Made by a program: the position numbers and the translations under genes. Below the pieces are notes generated by a model. It saw only the letters and a program-made list of their open reading frames with translations. It ran no database searches and was not told where the DNA came from. Of a stretch of 64,000 bases of DNA, positions 40,630 to 54,255 are shown one piece after another. How positions within the stretch are numbered: position 1 is the first letter of the stretch; every line of letters begins with the position of its first letter. The stretch is from Octopus sinensis (lineage: Eukaryota): contig NC_042999.1 in NCBI RefSeq assembly GCF_006345805.1, forward strand, positions 69,936,001-70,000,000. The letters are read 5' to 3'.

Positions 40630-41677
40630 CATTACATTGACCTCAGTGTTTAAATGGTACTTATTTTCTCGACCCCCGAAAGGGTGAAAGGCAAAGTCCA
40701 CCTCGGTAAAATTTGATTTCAGAACGTGAAGACGGACAAAATGCCACTAAGCATTTTGCTCAGCGTGCAAATTTTTTAGGAAAGTAAGATGGCACCTACT
40801 ATCCCTCATAAGGTCTCCGAAAATAGCGAGAGGGAAAGAAGGAGAACAATGCCCTCATATCAGTAACCCGAGGATCGCAACAGGATGAACTCTGCAAAAG
40901 ACACCCAAGTTACCAGGCTATGATATTAAACCGGATGACAGATTGAATCGGTCAAGAGAAAACTGCGGCCCGCGGGACTTTCTGAATGGCACACCAACGA
41001 AAAATTATTTTGATTTTTTTTTTAGTCATGCGGCCCTCATATGAGTCATATCACACGCATCCCACTTCTTAATAAAGGATGCCCATAACTCGACATTTGC
41101 AAAGTTCCACCAGCCTACTTCCCTGCATTGGTACATTTTTAATTGACCCTGAAAAGACAAAAAGCAAAGTTGGCCCCGGTGGGAATTGAACGCAAAGTTC
41201 TGAGTATCAGAACAAATACTGTCAGACACTTAAAAATATTCTGTCAGTATATATAACTTGACAACATGCAGATTTAAATTTGAGCGCATATCACCAGTTT
41301 TGAAATAATTGCTTCTAATGTAAGCACAAGACCCGAAATTTGACATTTGAACTCAGAACATAAAAACTGAATAAATGCCATAAAGCATTCTGTCTGGTGT
41401 GTTAACGGTTCCGCCAACACGCGGCCTATACAGCAATAAAGCCAATAATAATAATAATAATGGTTTCAAATTTTGTCACGAAGACAGCTGTTTTGAGGGA
41501 AGGGATAAAAAGTTGATTACATCGACCCCAGTGTTCAAATGGTATTTATTTTATTGACCTCCGAAAGAATGAAAGACAAAGTCGGCCGTGGCAGCATTTG
41601 AACTCAGAACGTAAAGATGGACGAAATGCTGCTAAGCATTTTGATCGGCGTGCTAACGATTCTGCCAGTTCGCCGCC

Positions 41678-41678
<1 letters not shown>
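40630..41678 (-). mobile_element. Cluster of S1 SINE copies (best at 40630-40770 and 41460-41678)
   Basis: GAAAGGCAAAGTC..TTTGAACTCAGAACGT..CTGCCAGTTCGCCGCC. Confidence 0.7.
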
Positions 41679-41738
<60 letters not shown>

Positions 41739-41740
<2 letters not shown>

Positions 41741-42294
41741 GCCCTGATGCAGTACCAGGCAGTGGCTCTCGTGGCTTCTAATCTTAACTGGTTGGAAGTT
41801 TTATTATGTACATTGTTTTGTCTTGATATAAAAGATGGGCTACAGCAAATATTCTGCTCAATACCACAGATTTGTTTGTCAGTTGTTTGACCATAACCAG
41901 TTGAGCATGTCCCTTAGTGGCTGACAATATGTGCATCTCTGATCACGAGCAGAAGTAGTGGGGGAGCATCATAGCCATGTGTTGAAAGGAATTCTTGGAG
42001 GTTTGGATAATTCACCTTTGGAAACATGAGTGGTTCGTTGAACATCCTTAAAGAATCCTTATTCAAGGACCTTTTGAGCGGGAGGGGCTACTCGACCTGA
42101 AGAAAAATTATTTGGGCCCCACCTGCAAGGTCATCTGCTGTTTATCTTGATATGAGATTACCATGTCGCGCACATATGGTTGTGATGCATGTGCCTAGTG
42201 TACCCTTATTAGATGCGTAGTCATGATGGGTATACTGGGCTTCGTATATTTTACCCCAGTGTCACTTTGATGGCATGCACTGCTCGCTCACTCA
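41739..42294 (-). mobile_element. ~555-bp non-coding element embedded in (TAA)n (possible Dong/R4-dependent non-autonomous element)
   Basis: Sharp boundaries with TAA arrays on both sides; GC-richer body; no TIRs and no tRNA head. Confidence 0.5.
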
Positions 42295-43160
42295 ATAATA
42301 ATAGTAATAATAATAATAATAACAGTAATAATAATAGTTCTCCTTTCATATGATAACGTCTTTAATGTGCTTTGACCCAAACGACTAACATGTGCAACCT
42401 TATACCTACCCGTTCACCATTAGTTCCCTAAAATTTTCTTTAACGGTTTATATCTTTTTCTGTAAATCCAACGCCTCCCATTTCCTACGATTATGATCCT
42501 TTGGAAATATATGACTTACTTCCCTTACTTAATTTCTAATTATGGAATTAAGCTAAAGTAATTAGAAATTTTCCGTTATGTCGCTTTAGGTTTCCAAAAT
42601 GTGTTATAAAGCACTTCTTTTCCATATTTGTTGTTCAACAATACATCTAGAATATATAACCCTATCTTTTTGCATATGTTTAACATAGTGTACATTTGTC
42701 TCTCTCTCTTCCTCTCTCTCTCTCTCTCTCTCTCTCTCGCTTTCTTCCCCTCTTTTACTCTCTCTCTCCCCATCTCTCCCACACATGCGCACAGATACAT
42801 ACACACACATACTCACAAACACATACATACACATGATCCAAGCATAAACAATACTGATAATGATATTTTTATCGTTTCAAATTTCTTTGACAATTCTCAA
42901 TGCGAAATTTTGGCACCTTCCCTTATCTTAAGAATGCATTTTTCTACTATAGTGCCTAGAGTTGACAACAACAGTACTTGGTTGATACTAATTTCAGTTT
43001 ACTATACAGGACGTGAAACGTGAAACGATGTGCCTCACTCAAAGACATAACACGTCACCTGATCTGCGAATCGAACCAAAGACCTTGTGACAGGGTGCTT
43101 TAATGCGTGTGTGTATGCGTGTGCACGGCCGCATGCGTGTGTGTCTGGTCTGTGTCTGTG

Positions 43161-43211
<51 letters not shown>

Positions 43212-43216
43212 TTTTT

Positions 43217-43625
43217 GTGTGTGGCTGTGTGGTAAGTAGCTTGCTTACCAACTACATGGTTCAGGGTTCAGTCCCACTGCGTGGCACCTTGGGCAAATGT
43301 CTTCTACTATAGCCTCGGGCCGACCAAAGCCATGTGAGTGGATTTGGTAGACGGAAACTGAAGGAAGCCCGTCGTATGTATGTATATACATATTTGTATG
43401 TGTGTGTGTATGTTTGTGTGTCTGTATTTGTCCCCCCAGTATCGCTTGACAACCGATGCTGGTGTGTTTACGTCCCCATAACCTAGCGGTTCGGCACAAG
43501 AGACCGATAGAATAAGTACTAGGCTTACAAAGAAGAAGTCCTACAGTCGATTTCTTCGACTAAAGGCGGTGTTCCAGTATGGTCGCAGTCACATGAGTGA
43601 AACAAGTAAAAGAGTAAAAGAGAGA
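43217..43625 (+). mobile_element. SINE family S2, near full length
   Basis: GTGGCTGTGTGGTAAG..GGTTCAGTCCC..GCACCTTGGGCAAATG..GAAACAAGTAAAAGAGTAAAAGA tail. Confidence 0.92.
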
Positions 43626-43752
43626 GAATATCCTACATTATATCGGAACAGCTCGATGCAACCCAAAAAAACTGGTTCACTAGTCAGCATCATTAGACTG
43701 TGGCCAGCATAGTGGAATAGGAGCCTTATTGTGTGTGTGTGTGTATGTGTGT

Positions 43753-43821
<69 letters not shown>

Positions 43822-44076
43822 GCCCCGATCGGCTCTGAAACGGTGCGTCCTCGAGAAAAACGGATTTGATTTTCTAAATCTGCATCTCAAAGAGGCTTTT
43901 GATAGATAATAATGAAGAAATATAATTTTTCATACGAGAAATAACTCAACTACTAGATCGCTAAACGTTCTCTCTATCTGTCATATCTGTCTATCTGTGT
44001 CTTTCCCCCACCTCTCTCTCTATATATATAATATATATTTACCACACACACACACACTCTCTCTCTCTCTCTCTCC

Positions 44077-44113
<37 letters not shown>

Positions 44114-44697
44114 TATCTCTCTCTCTCTCTCTCTCACACGATTGCTGCCCCACCTTCTTTCTCTTGGTATGACATGTAATCGCTTTCATTTTGTTTCCGA
44201 CTTCGTTGTCCTAATGTTTGCTTTCGTTTTGTGATAGACAGCTATTACACAGAAAGTGCTAACTTCAAAATCCTGTTTTCTGAGTGGGTAAAATTGATAT
44301 AAACATTTGTAACATTTTTTCTAAAACTTTTCTGAAATAAACTAATCACGTTCTGCGTCCAAATTCCGCTAAGGCTGACTTTGCCTTTCAAGCTTTCGGA
44401 GTCGGTAAAATAAATATCAGTTTCCAACTTTCCCCAAATTGCTGGCCTTGTGCTAAAATCTGAAGCCAGTATATATAACCAGTGGTACTCTTCAGTTAAA
44501 CGGTCTTGTGCCTTCCAGCCAAGGAAACCGTAATTATTTAGGAAAATATACCTAACAAACAATTTTAGATGACACGCCTGTTTTTGTTGTTATATACATA
44601 TATGCTGCGTATATTATATATATATATATATATGTGTGTGGGGGGTATACATACACACACACACACACACACACACCACACACACACACACAATATA

Positions 44698-44755
<58 letters not shown>

Positions 44756-44757
<2 letters not shown>

Positions 44758-44949
44758 ACTTACAAACAAGGGCAAAAGAAAATTATTTCTGTGCCAATAT
44801 GCGGATAACAGACTTTTAAATCGTCAATTTCCACATATTATTAATAATAATAATTTCCACTTAATAACATGTGGAAATTGACGATTTAAAAGTCTGTTAT
44901 CCGCATATTGGCACAGAAACAATTTTCTTTTGCCCTTGTTTGTAAGTTG
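44756..44949. mobile_element. (TA)n-adjacent hairpin (~88-bp arms) with degenerate hammerhead
   Basis: Arms 44756-44844 and 44861-44949; right arm TTGACGA(44878)...GAAAC-AATT-TTC(44916). Confidence 0.7.
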
Positions 44950-45565
44950 TTTATATTTTAAGCTTTAAAGGTATTTTAATATACTGCCACTTTTAGATGA
45001 AATTTTTTTCTGTAAAAAAACTTCATCCTATTAGTAGTAAATATATATATATATATATTATATATATAATTATATATATATATATATATATATATTGTGT
45101 GTGTGTACGTGTACGCAGGCACACGCAAAACATACACACTCATATACATCATTTTAAAAATATTATTTAAATAACAACACGGTTTCACGAGAAAGGTCAG
45201 TAGATTGACTTCTCTGATGTGAAGATAAGATGTTGGGAGTAATCCCACGAAAATCAGAAATGAAATAGGAAACGTAAGCTTCAAACAGCATTTTTGCACG
45301 TTTCGCTCTCGAGTTTCTTTAAAAAGAACATGGAGACAGGCATTTTCTTCATCAACTTTTATATAATATTAAAAAGAACATTCAAACAAACAACAGCTAT
45401 TACAAGGAAAAACAGGCTCGGATTACCAGCTGAATGATCGGGGTTGAGTTCTGTAATTTACCGTTGTCGGTGAATCAACAAAGATCTATGAGTGCCTGTA
45501 TGTTTGTGTTTATACATGTTTATAGATATAACATTGGTTTTCCCTTTATATATATATATATATAT

Positions 45566-45656
<91 letters not shown>

Positions 45657-45748
45657 TACAAATTAGATGATAGTTTTCCGAACTCAGAATTGCCGGCGAT
45701 TCTGCGTTCGAAAAAGTATCATCTAATTTGTATCGTTATATGTATATA

Positions 45749-45784
<36 letters not shown>

Positions 45785-46019
45785 TGTATGTATGTATGTA
45801 TGTATGTATGTATTATGTATGTATGTATGTATGTATGTATGTATGTATGTATATACATATACACACATATATATATATATATGCATGTGTGTCTATCTAT
45901 CTATCCATCCATATATATATATATAAATAATATATATATATATATATAATATATATATATAATATATTATATATATATATATATATATAATATATAATAT
46001 ATATATATTATTTATATAT

Positions 46020-46050
<31 letters not shown>

Positions 46051-46093
46051 TATTATATATATATATATGGATGGATAGATAGATAGACACACA

Positions 46094-46138
<45 letters not shown>

Positions 46139-46168
46139 TATATATATATATATCATATATATATATAT

Positions 46169-46241
<73 letters not shown>

Positions 46242-46253
46242 ATATATGCATGC

Positions 46254-46430
46254 GCAGGCGTAGGTGAGTGGCATAGGTGTTGCTGTCATAAGAAGTTTGC
46301 CTCCCAACCACATAGTTCCACGTTCAGTCCCACTGCATAGCACCTTGGACATGTGTCTTCTATTTAGCTTCGGAACGATCAAAGCATTGTGAGTGGATTT
46401 GGTAGACGAAAACTTAAAGGAGCTTGTCGT
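46254..46430 (+). mobile_element. SINE family S2 5' half
   Basis: AGAAGTTTGCCTCCCAACCACAT..GTTCAGTCCCACTGC..GTGAGTGGATTTGGTAGACG. Confidence 0.8.
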
Positions 46431-46789
46431 GTGTGTGCGTGTGTGTGTGTGTGTGTGTGGTGTGTGTAAAAATCCATTCAAAGCTTTTCTTGAAAGTCTT
46501 CGCACTTTATACTAAATAATAAAATATCAGCATTTTGAGTACTTTTATTGGAAGTTATTATAAAACTGAAAGTTCCATAACGATTTCCTTATTTCCCGTT
46601 GTTACTTATCTGTTGGTCCTATTTCTTTTCTTACTTCACGCTTTCCCTGTTTGCTAGTCAAGGCAATATGATATGCACCTCATCTTTCCACTCATTTTCA
46701 TTTTTCTTCGATTTTACTCGTTTATTTGTTTAACGGTCACTTACGTATATTCATCTCCTTACTGTGGAAGCAAACACATTGCTACAAGA

Positions 46790-47249
46790 AACATTCCAGA
46801 AGTTTGGGGACTTTTTCAGAAAAGACATTTATTAATTTCACAGCAGTATAAAACTCTAATATCTTTTAAAGTAGGATCTTCTGACTTCAATGCACTTGTT
46901 GTAACGCTCCCTGCCACTTTCTGAAAGCCCCATGGAAGTCCTCCAAAATGAAGATGTCCGGGACTATTGTCACATCCTCCTTCATCTTTAAAACGTCTGT
47001 CCTTGATGTTCTACTTCAGTTTGGTGAACAACCAACTGTCAAGGGGTAAGGGAAGTTTTGACGCCCATCTCTGTTAAGTTGGAACATACTTTGCACAAAT
47101 TTTGCGCATGTTCTTCGTGTGCAGATCTTCATGTTCCAACTCCAAACTCCAAACTGTATGCTTATTGCTTTTACAGACATACAACAGTTGTCGTCCATAA
47201 AACTTCGAATTTTTCAACCAGCTCTAATGTTCTAACATCCCCCTCTCTC

Positions 47250-47310
<61 letters not shown>

Positions 47311-47440
47311 CTCTCCTACACTTCTCACCATCTTACACCTCCTCTCTACCGTCATTGAATCTCTTGCACCATGGAAAAGGTTAATCCATAAGCATTCTGG
47401 AGCATATCTCAAGTTTCGGTAGCGTTTTTGTCCAGTTTAA
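46790..47440 (-). mobile_element. Degenerate mariner remnant
   Basis: Minus fragments CAKFV, NLTEMGVKT and KMKEDVT..LEDFHGAFRKW resemble mariner transposase segments. Confidence 0.65.
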
Positions 47441-47821
47441 CACAAAATATTGTTGCTGTTGTGTGGACGCCCCCAGACGATGAAGTTGGCTAGCCCAATA
47501 CGTAGATATAGAGAGGGAAGTCTAGACGCCGTCAGAGTAGCGGTAAGAGTGGAGTAGAGTTGAGTAGTAGAGGCATCCGAACGTGCGACATAACAGTTGC
47601 ATAGCGTGATTCCAGACGTCCCGTCTGCATTCTGTAAACTAGTCACCTGGGATAAACAGCGTTTAATAGGGTGTGTTCAAAGACCGTCTTCTTCAAACTG
47701 GAATAACAAAAGTTGGCAGGTCAGCTTATAAGACGTATGGTAATGATATACTAACATTACAATAATCTAAAACAGTTATAACTGCTTCACCTAAAAAAGT
47801 CTCAATACTTTTTTGGAATGC

Positions 47822-48122
47822 GTGGAGGCGCAATGGCCCAGTGGTTAGGGCAGTGAACTCGCGGTCGGAGGATCGCGGTTTCGATTCCCAGATCGGGCGT
47901 TGTGTGTGTTTATTGAGCGAAAACACCTAAAAGCTCCAAGAGGCTCCGGCAGGGGGTCGTGGTGACCCCTGTTGTACTCTTTCGCCCCAACTTTCTCTCA
48001 CTCTTTCTTCTTGTTTCTTGAGTAACGCTGCGATGGACTGGCGCCCCGTCCAGCTGAGGGGAACACATACGCCACAGAAACCGGGAAACCGGGCCCATGA
48101 GCCTGGCCAGGCTTGAAAAGGG
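47822..48122 (+). mobile_element. tRNA-derived SINE family S3 (tail variant B), full length
   Basis: GTGGAGGCGCAATGGCCCAGTGGTTAGGG..GGTTTCGATTCCC A/B boxes. Confidence 0.92.
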
Positions 48123-49212
48123 AGAGAAAAAAACCTTTTGGAATGCCGCTTATAATCATTATATGTTGGTTTTCTTTTGGCAGAAGAATCCATTCAGAGA
48201 AGTTTTTGTAAAATTCTAAGTATGAAGATTCATTGCTCTGTCTTTCTATCAAATCCAAGCGAGTTAGTAGGTGTCAAAAAACGTGATTGCCGAGATAAGT
48301 TAGATAAAAGGTGTGATGTTTCCAATACAAGTGTTTCAATGATGTGGTGAAGTGATGGCCGGTGGTATTGAAAATGAAATGAAAAACTTCAAAATGATTT
48401 CATAACAAGACGTTCACAGTGAATGAGAGATGTGGGGAGTGAGGCGTAAGGAAAACCTAGAGAGGTAACTTACATGAGAAACTGACACGTGACGGGATTA
48501 ATTAGGGAGAGGGGTTTACAGTGTATTAGGAAGCAAGAGAAAGGGTTGGCAATGTGGAGTAATTTAACTAGCTCAGTTACAGAGAAATAGAAAGGCATGT
48601 GAAGTTAGGTGCTAGGATGGAATGGGGTGGGGTCAAGATCAGAGGAATTGAAGACGAGTTTTCAAACTAGCAGGTGCTCGTTGTTTCTTGTTGGAAAATG
48701 GACCATTTTTCACTGAGTCAGCAAGTCGCCACTATAGTGTTTGGTAACTCCAAAGATAGGAGTGTGGGATGGGATGATGACTAGAGAATGAACTGGAAAT
48801 AGCGGATCACAGATGTCAAAATGTCAGGTGCGCTATTGCAAACATCTAACACAGGTACACGTAAGGGATCACTCAGAGGGTAACCGGTCGCAACGATATA
48901 TGGCGACACGCAAGGCATAAATCTGCTTTTGCAGATTAGAAGTACGGTGGGAATGGACAGTGGACTTGGGGATCATGTAGTTACCGCATTGGAGATGAAG
49001 GAGTAGGGTTACATCGGGTGCATGAGCAAGCGGAAGTTCCGGTCTGGTTTGTTTGAAGATAACGATCTTCATCAAGATGTCACAAAAATTTCCAAGGTGT
49101 CCCTGATGTTTGTCCTTATTAAACACTTATATTCTTTTAGTTTTGAATTTGCCATGTATATCAAAGGATTAATGTGCGCGTGAATGTTACGCGTGTGTAT
49201 ACCTTTGTCTGT

Positions 49213-49247
<35 letters not shown>

Positions 49248-51316
49248 GTGTGTGTGTGTTGTGTGTGTGTGTGTGTATTTATGAATGTAGCGTGAATAAT
49301 AGATTGTGTACATGTCTTCTTAGTTGGCAAAGTTTTACAGATTATTCGTCGTTTATGAAACTTGAGTCACCTTATCATGCTAGTAAAACAATTGACGAAT
49401 AAACTAACTGGTTTTTTAATATTTACCCCGCCAAAACTACTTCTTTTTTTATCGTTTAATATTCGAGATGGGAGTGGGGCTAAAGATAACAAACAAAGAA
49501 TTAACAACGCTAGAAAGATAATGATATCGCAAAAAATATATTAATCATAAACAGTATACGTTCATGAGGCGTGTGTAACAAATATGCGTATACATGCGCG
49601 CATATGTCCGTAGATGTGAGTGTGTGTGTGTGTGTGTGTGGTGTGTGTGTGTGCTCATTTACGTAGACATGTATATGTGTGCCTTCTGAGCGCTTTGAGA
49701 GATGTAAACTTAGGTTACGATCATTAGCTTAGTTTTTTTTTCTTCTTCTCCTTCTTCCAACCGCTGGCTGCTCGCCTAACAGAATACATTCCACGGAGTT
49801 CATTCTAATTAGCTGTCGTCTAAGATTTGTCGGGGAAGAGTTTCCTATTTCTTTACTGGCAATGCCGAGAATACCTGCTACGTATATCCGTTAGTGGACC
49901 AAGATTAATGATCTGTACTGGTATCGAACCAAAACGGTTGTCTCAACGCGGTCCCTTACCATCCAAGATATAGAATCCAAATTTCTTCAAAAAATGTTAT
50001 CCAACAATACACACACACACACACATACATATACACACAAAACGCATACACATACATATGACGTGTGTGTATGCATACAATCCAAGGAAAGCTTTTAAAA
50101 TCACTGTCACACCTCGTAAATGTTTAACAAACGTGTTCTCTGAAAAATATATAGAGTAACTCTTCAGCTTTTAAGATAAATTGTTTTTAATATAACTTGG
50201 CATAAACACAAACGTTAATATACACACACTTGCATGTATGCGATTTTCTTTGAGTTTTATTTAAGTTTTTTTTTTAGAGAGTTCAAGCTGGTCGCTAACT
50301 AAGAGACTGTATGAATGTATTTATGTATGTATGTATGTATTTATGTATGTATGTATGTATGTATGTATGTATGTATGTATGTATGTATGTATGTATGTAT
50401 GTATGTATGGCATGTATGTATGTATGGCATGTATGTATGTATGTATGTATGTATGTATATATGTATGTATGTATGTATGTATCATTGTATGTATGTGACC
50501 ATCAATCACGCAAAACCGCAGTTTTACATCAGTGTCCCTCTTCTTGAAGGATACTGTGACAACAGCTATGAGACCCTCACTCCAGTGGCTTTATTGCATG
50601 CTCTGGCATTAACTAAAGGTAATTCTAGGTGTCCGTGCCCAGATGAAACGTCATCACATATGCTAGTTAACCTATAGCCGGAAACCTGATCGGTGCTACT
50701 ACTCCGCGTCAGAGTAGTCCCTGAGCAATAGTGGCTAAGAGGTGGATCCACACTCCTCAAAATGCTGCAACTCACGAACTAGAGTCCCTCCACTGGATGC
50801 ATTTTAAAGTCACTAACTTTCGGCCGGCCATTAGATACTAAGCACGAGGGGTCAGAGAGTGGTATTTGTGTTGTACAAGCAATTATCATTATAATACAAT
50901 GCCGTACACATATCTCCTTATGGCGACTTCATTTGTCATTTCAAGTACTGAAAGTCTTATGGCGATGAAAAAGTGGCTACGTGTGAAGGACTAACCTGTT
51001 GTAAGCGAGCAATAAGTTACAGCTTTCCTTTGTCGCCTTCAAACAATGCAGATTTACAACGGGACAGAATAGCCATCTGAGATGTCATGGAAAGAAAGTC
51101 AGAAATGCCACTGACAACTAGGAAGCACAAGGAGACGGCGAAGACGGAGCATTCACCATGTATATATGTATGTACGTACGTATGTATGTATGTATGTATG
51201 TATGTATGTATGTATGTATGTATGTATGTATGTATGTATGTATGTATGTATGTATGCATGCATGTATGTATGTATGTATGTATGTATGTATGTATGTATG
51301 TATGTATGTATGTATG

Positions 51317-51793
51317 TCATTATTCAGTTTATTTCAAGAATTATTGCCAATAGAGAAATAGCCGTTTTCTGACCTAGATCCAAGGCTCCTTCATTGGAAT
51401 TTCAACATCAGCAACAGGGTATTTTTGTATGTATGTATGTATGTATGTATGTATGTATTTGCAGATTTGTATGTTTTATGTATGTATTCCCACGCATATA
51501 GTTGCATATCTAGACATGCTCATATATATTTAAATGATAAACTTCTGGAACGTTCTACAGATTTTTACATTTCCAGTAATGGATTGGATCTGTAGATCCA
51601 AATTAGCTTTCTCCATTCTGGTTTTGAGTAGCCTAATTTCTCAAGATTGGTATTTATGCAGTGTGTTACATATCCCAGGGCCCCAATAACGGCATGGGTG
51701 TTCTCTTTCTCACTGATCTTCAGCTTTATGTTAACATCCGCTGGGCAGCTAATTTCCACAACTGTATACAGTTTCTCTTCTCTATCCCAAATC

Positions 51794-51795
<2 letters not shown>
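51317..51795 (-). mobile_element. R4/Dong-clade non-LTR retrotransposon 3' end (restriction-like endonuclease) in (CATA)n
   Basis: IWDREEK..VVEISCPADVNIKLKISEK..VIGALG, then after a frameshift QIQSITGNVKICRTFQKFII*; (TATG)n arrays on both sides. Confidence 0.85.
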
Positions 51796-51824
<29 letters not shown>

Positions 51825-52224
51825 TGTATGTATGTATGTATGTATGTATGTATGTATGTATGTATGTAGCAGAATGTAAGATGATTCCATTAGCTGTAAA
51901 AAAAAGTAGGAGACAACTATACGTGGAAGTAAGAATAAACCAAGAGATAAGTCAGTTTAAAGCAGGCTTAAATTCACTAAAGTCTACTGACAATGTATAT
52001 GTAGCATCAGTAACAATATACCAGGGAATCTTGAAATTATTAGCGTTTGAAAACAAAGGGCGGTATGATAATGACTGAAACACCTTTGATGAACGATCTG
52101 CTCTATCGGGAATTAACTAACAACAGGAAGGAACAGACTAAAATACATTGGTAAGAAATATATGATAATTATAACTCATGAACAACTGAAAACTGAATAA
52201 GTTTGTTGTAGGAATACGCTACAG

Positions 52225-52540
52225 AAAAGAGTACAACATTGGACTACTATAACATCTGCTACTTCAAGGCGGACATCTTAGACTACATCCAAAATAAGGT
52301 CATCCGATTGATTTACAAGAAGTCACTCGCTAAAACACGCCATTCTCATTCTTCACTCTAATTTTTATGTGGTTTCTACTGTTGCCCTCTACTCCTCAGA
52401 GCTGACTGATCTCGTGTCATCACATCCAGGTTCCTCAGACTCACTTGTTTCACTCCTTCTCTTATCACTCATATTGTGTCAACCTCCAGGTCTGCGCAAA
52501 TCACTTTTCCGTGTCTTTTCTTCTCCTTAATGTGCTCACG
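52225..52540 (+). mobile_element. Possible L2/CR1-group LINE 3' remnant
   Basis: LDYIQNKVIRLI resembles the post-RT LD.IQ.KA.RLI motif; heavily decayed. Confidence 0.4.
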
Positions 52541-52936
52541 TAAGAACATCGGTGTCACAAACAGCTTGTGGAGCTTATTTTAAAATAATTAATACCGACA
52601 GAAGCAGTATTAATACCAAAATGTAATACTTATCTCCACTAATATCGTAAGTAACTTTGACTATGTTAGATTGTCAGGGTTATATATTTCTTTAGCCAGA
52701 GACAAAAGCAATATAATATACTGAGGCCCTAGATCTTAAGCACTTTTAACGTTGATTGCTTAAAACTTAAGCGAATGTGATATATGTCTTTGAAACTTAA
52801 GATCTTAAACCACTGTGACAAATCCCTCAGGGGCCTACTTTTTAAAGCAGCAGTAGCATTATCAAATGACTATGATGACTATCAGACTTAACAACTTAAG
52901 CAACTGTAATAAGTGATCCTGACCCTAAGATCTTAA

Positions 52937-53570
52937 CCCCTTACCCGGCAGAAACGAATATATGCGTTTTGACCGAAATCGTTTTTTTTCTATCTCTGGC
53001 GAGTTAACTCGTCAAAAGATAGACTCGCCAAAATCGACAGCAAACGAGTTCCTTTGTCTATTATAAACTCTTTTTTGACATATACGAGTATATTCGCTCA
53101 CTTTATACGTCTGGCAGTGACGATTTCTGCCACCTTTCGCTTGAGTAAGGTATTGAAGACCGAGTATGATTTAGTCACCTGGAGACAGTCGAAGGGTTGG
53201 AAGGCACATTTTATGAATAGAAGTATTCACTTTGTTTTTACGTTGTTTTTTTTATACCTTTATATTATAACCCCACCATGTCGAGCTCTGATGATGATAG
53301 CGATTATGAAGCTTCTCTTGGAGGGTTGGATACATCTGATGAGAGTGAAAGTTCGTCAGAAGAGTTTTATTCAAGTGAAGAAACTGAAGATGAGGATGAG
53401 GTAGATGCAAGAGACTGGCACCGACTTAGATTAGGAGATGATATGGCTCCGCCCCCTTCACGCTTTGAAATATACCTCGAAATCACCATTCAAAACATAG
53501 TAAAATAAAACAATTAAAAAATATGTCTGAAAAAATACATTTATTTTCAAAATAATTGTTGGGTAAGGGG
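52937..53570 (+). mobile_element. Non-autonomous piggyBac element
   Basis: TTAA|CCCCTTACCC ... GGGTAAGGGG|TTAA; retains an acidic transposase-like N-terminus MSSSDDDSDYE..PPPSRF (53278-53508). Confidence 0.88.
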
Positions 53571-53610
53571 TTAAGCATCTGTAGAAAATTATTAAAATAG
53601 AGACGATAGA

Positions 53611-53817
53611 GGGTACTGAGAAGTTCCTGGCTTTGTGTAAAAGAAAATACAGGAGGATCAGTTAATTATAATTCTATTCAACATATTTCTCTCTCAGATT
53701 CACAGACTTATTGCAGCGGTCCTTCAACTCTTCTAAGCCTTGTACATGAAATCGGAAGAGTGGGCCTCCAGCCAGGCCTTTTACGATACATCTTAAAGCC
53801 AGGAACTTTTCAGCACC
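53611..53817. mobile_element. Mariner-derived MITE
   Basis: TIRs GGTACTGAGAAGTTCCTGGCTTT / AAAGCCAGGAACTTTTCAGCACC. Confidence 0.8.
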
Positions 53818-53867
53818 ATTTAGTAGTCGTTGCTTTTAGTAAAAGAAAGATGAAATAATATATTGTT

Positions 53868-54036
53868 GTTTTACTCTTTTACTTGTTTCAGTCATTTGAC
53901 TGTGGCCATGCTGGAGTACCGCCTTTAGTCGAGCAAATCGACCCCAGGCCTAGTACTTTTTCTATCGGTCTCTTTTGCCGAACCGCTAAGTTACGGGGAC
54001 GTAAACACGCCAGCATCGGTTGTCAAGCGATGTTGG

Positions 54037-54089
<53 letters not shown>

Positions 54090-54255
54090 TATGACAGGCT
54101 TCTTTCCGTTTCCGTCTACCAAATCCACTCACAAGGTTTTGGTCGGCCCGAGGCTATAATAGAAGACACTTGCCCAAGGTGCCACGCAGTGGGGCTAAAC
54201 CCGGAACCATGTGGTTGGTAAGCAACCTACTTACCACACAGCCACTCCTGCGCCT
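53868..54255 (-). mobile_element. SINE family S2, full length
   Basis: Reverse complement of 43217-43625. Confidence 0.92.

Noticed and set aside
45290-45360. Minus TTGATGA...GAAACGTGC hammerhead-like motif
   Set aside because: Stem II does not pair convincingly.
48250-49130. Possible retroelement ORF remnant on the minus strand
   Set aside because: Too decayed to assign; only an HFNTTGH-like hint.
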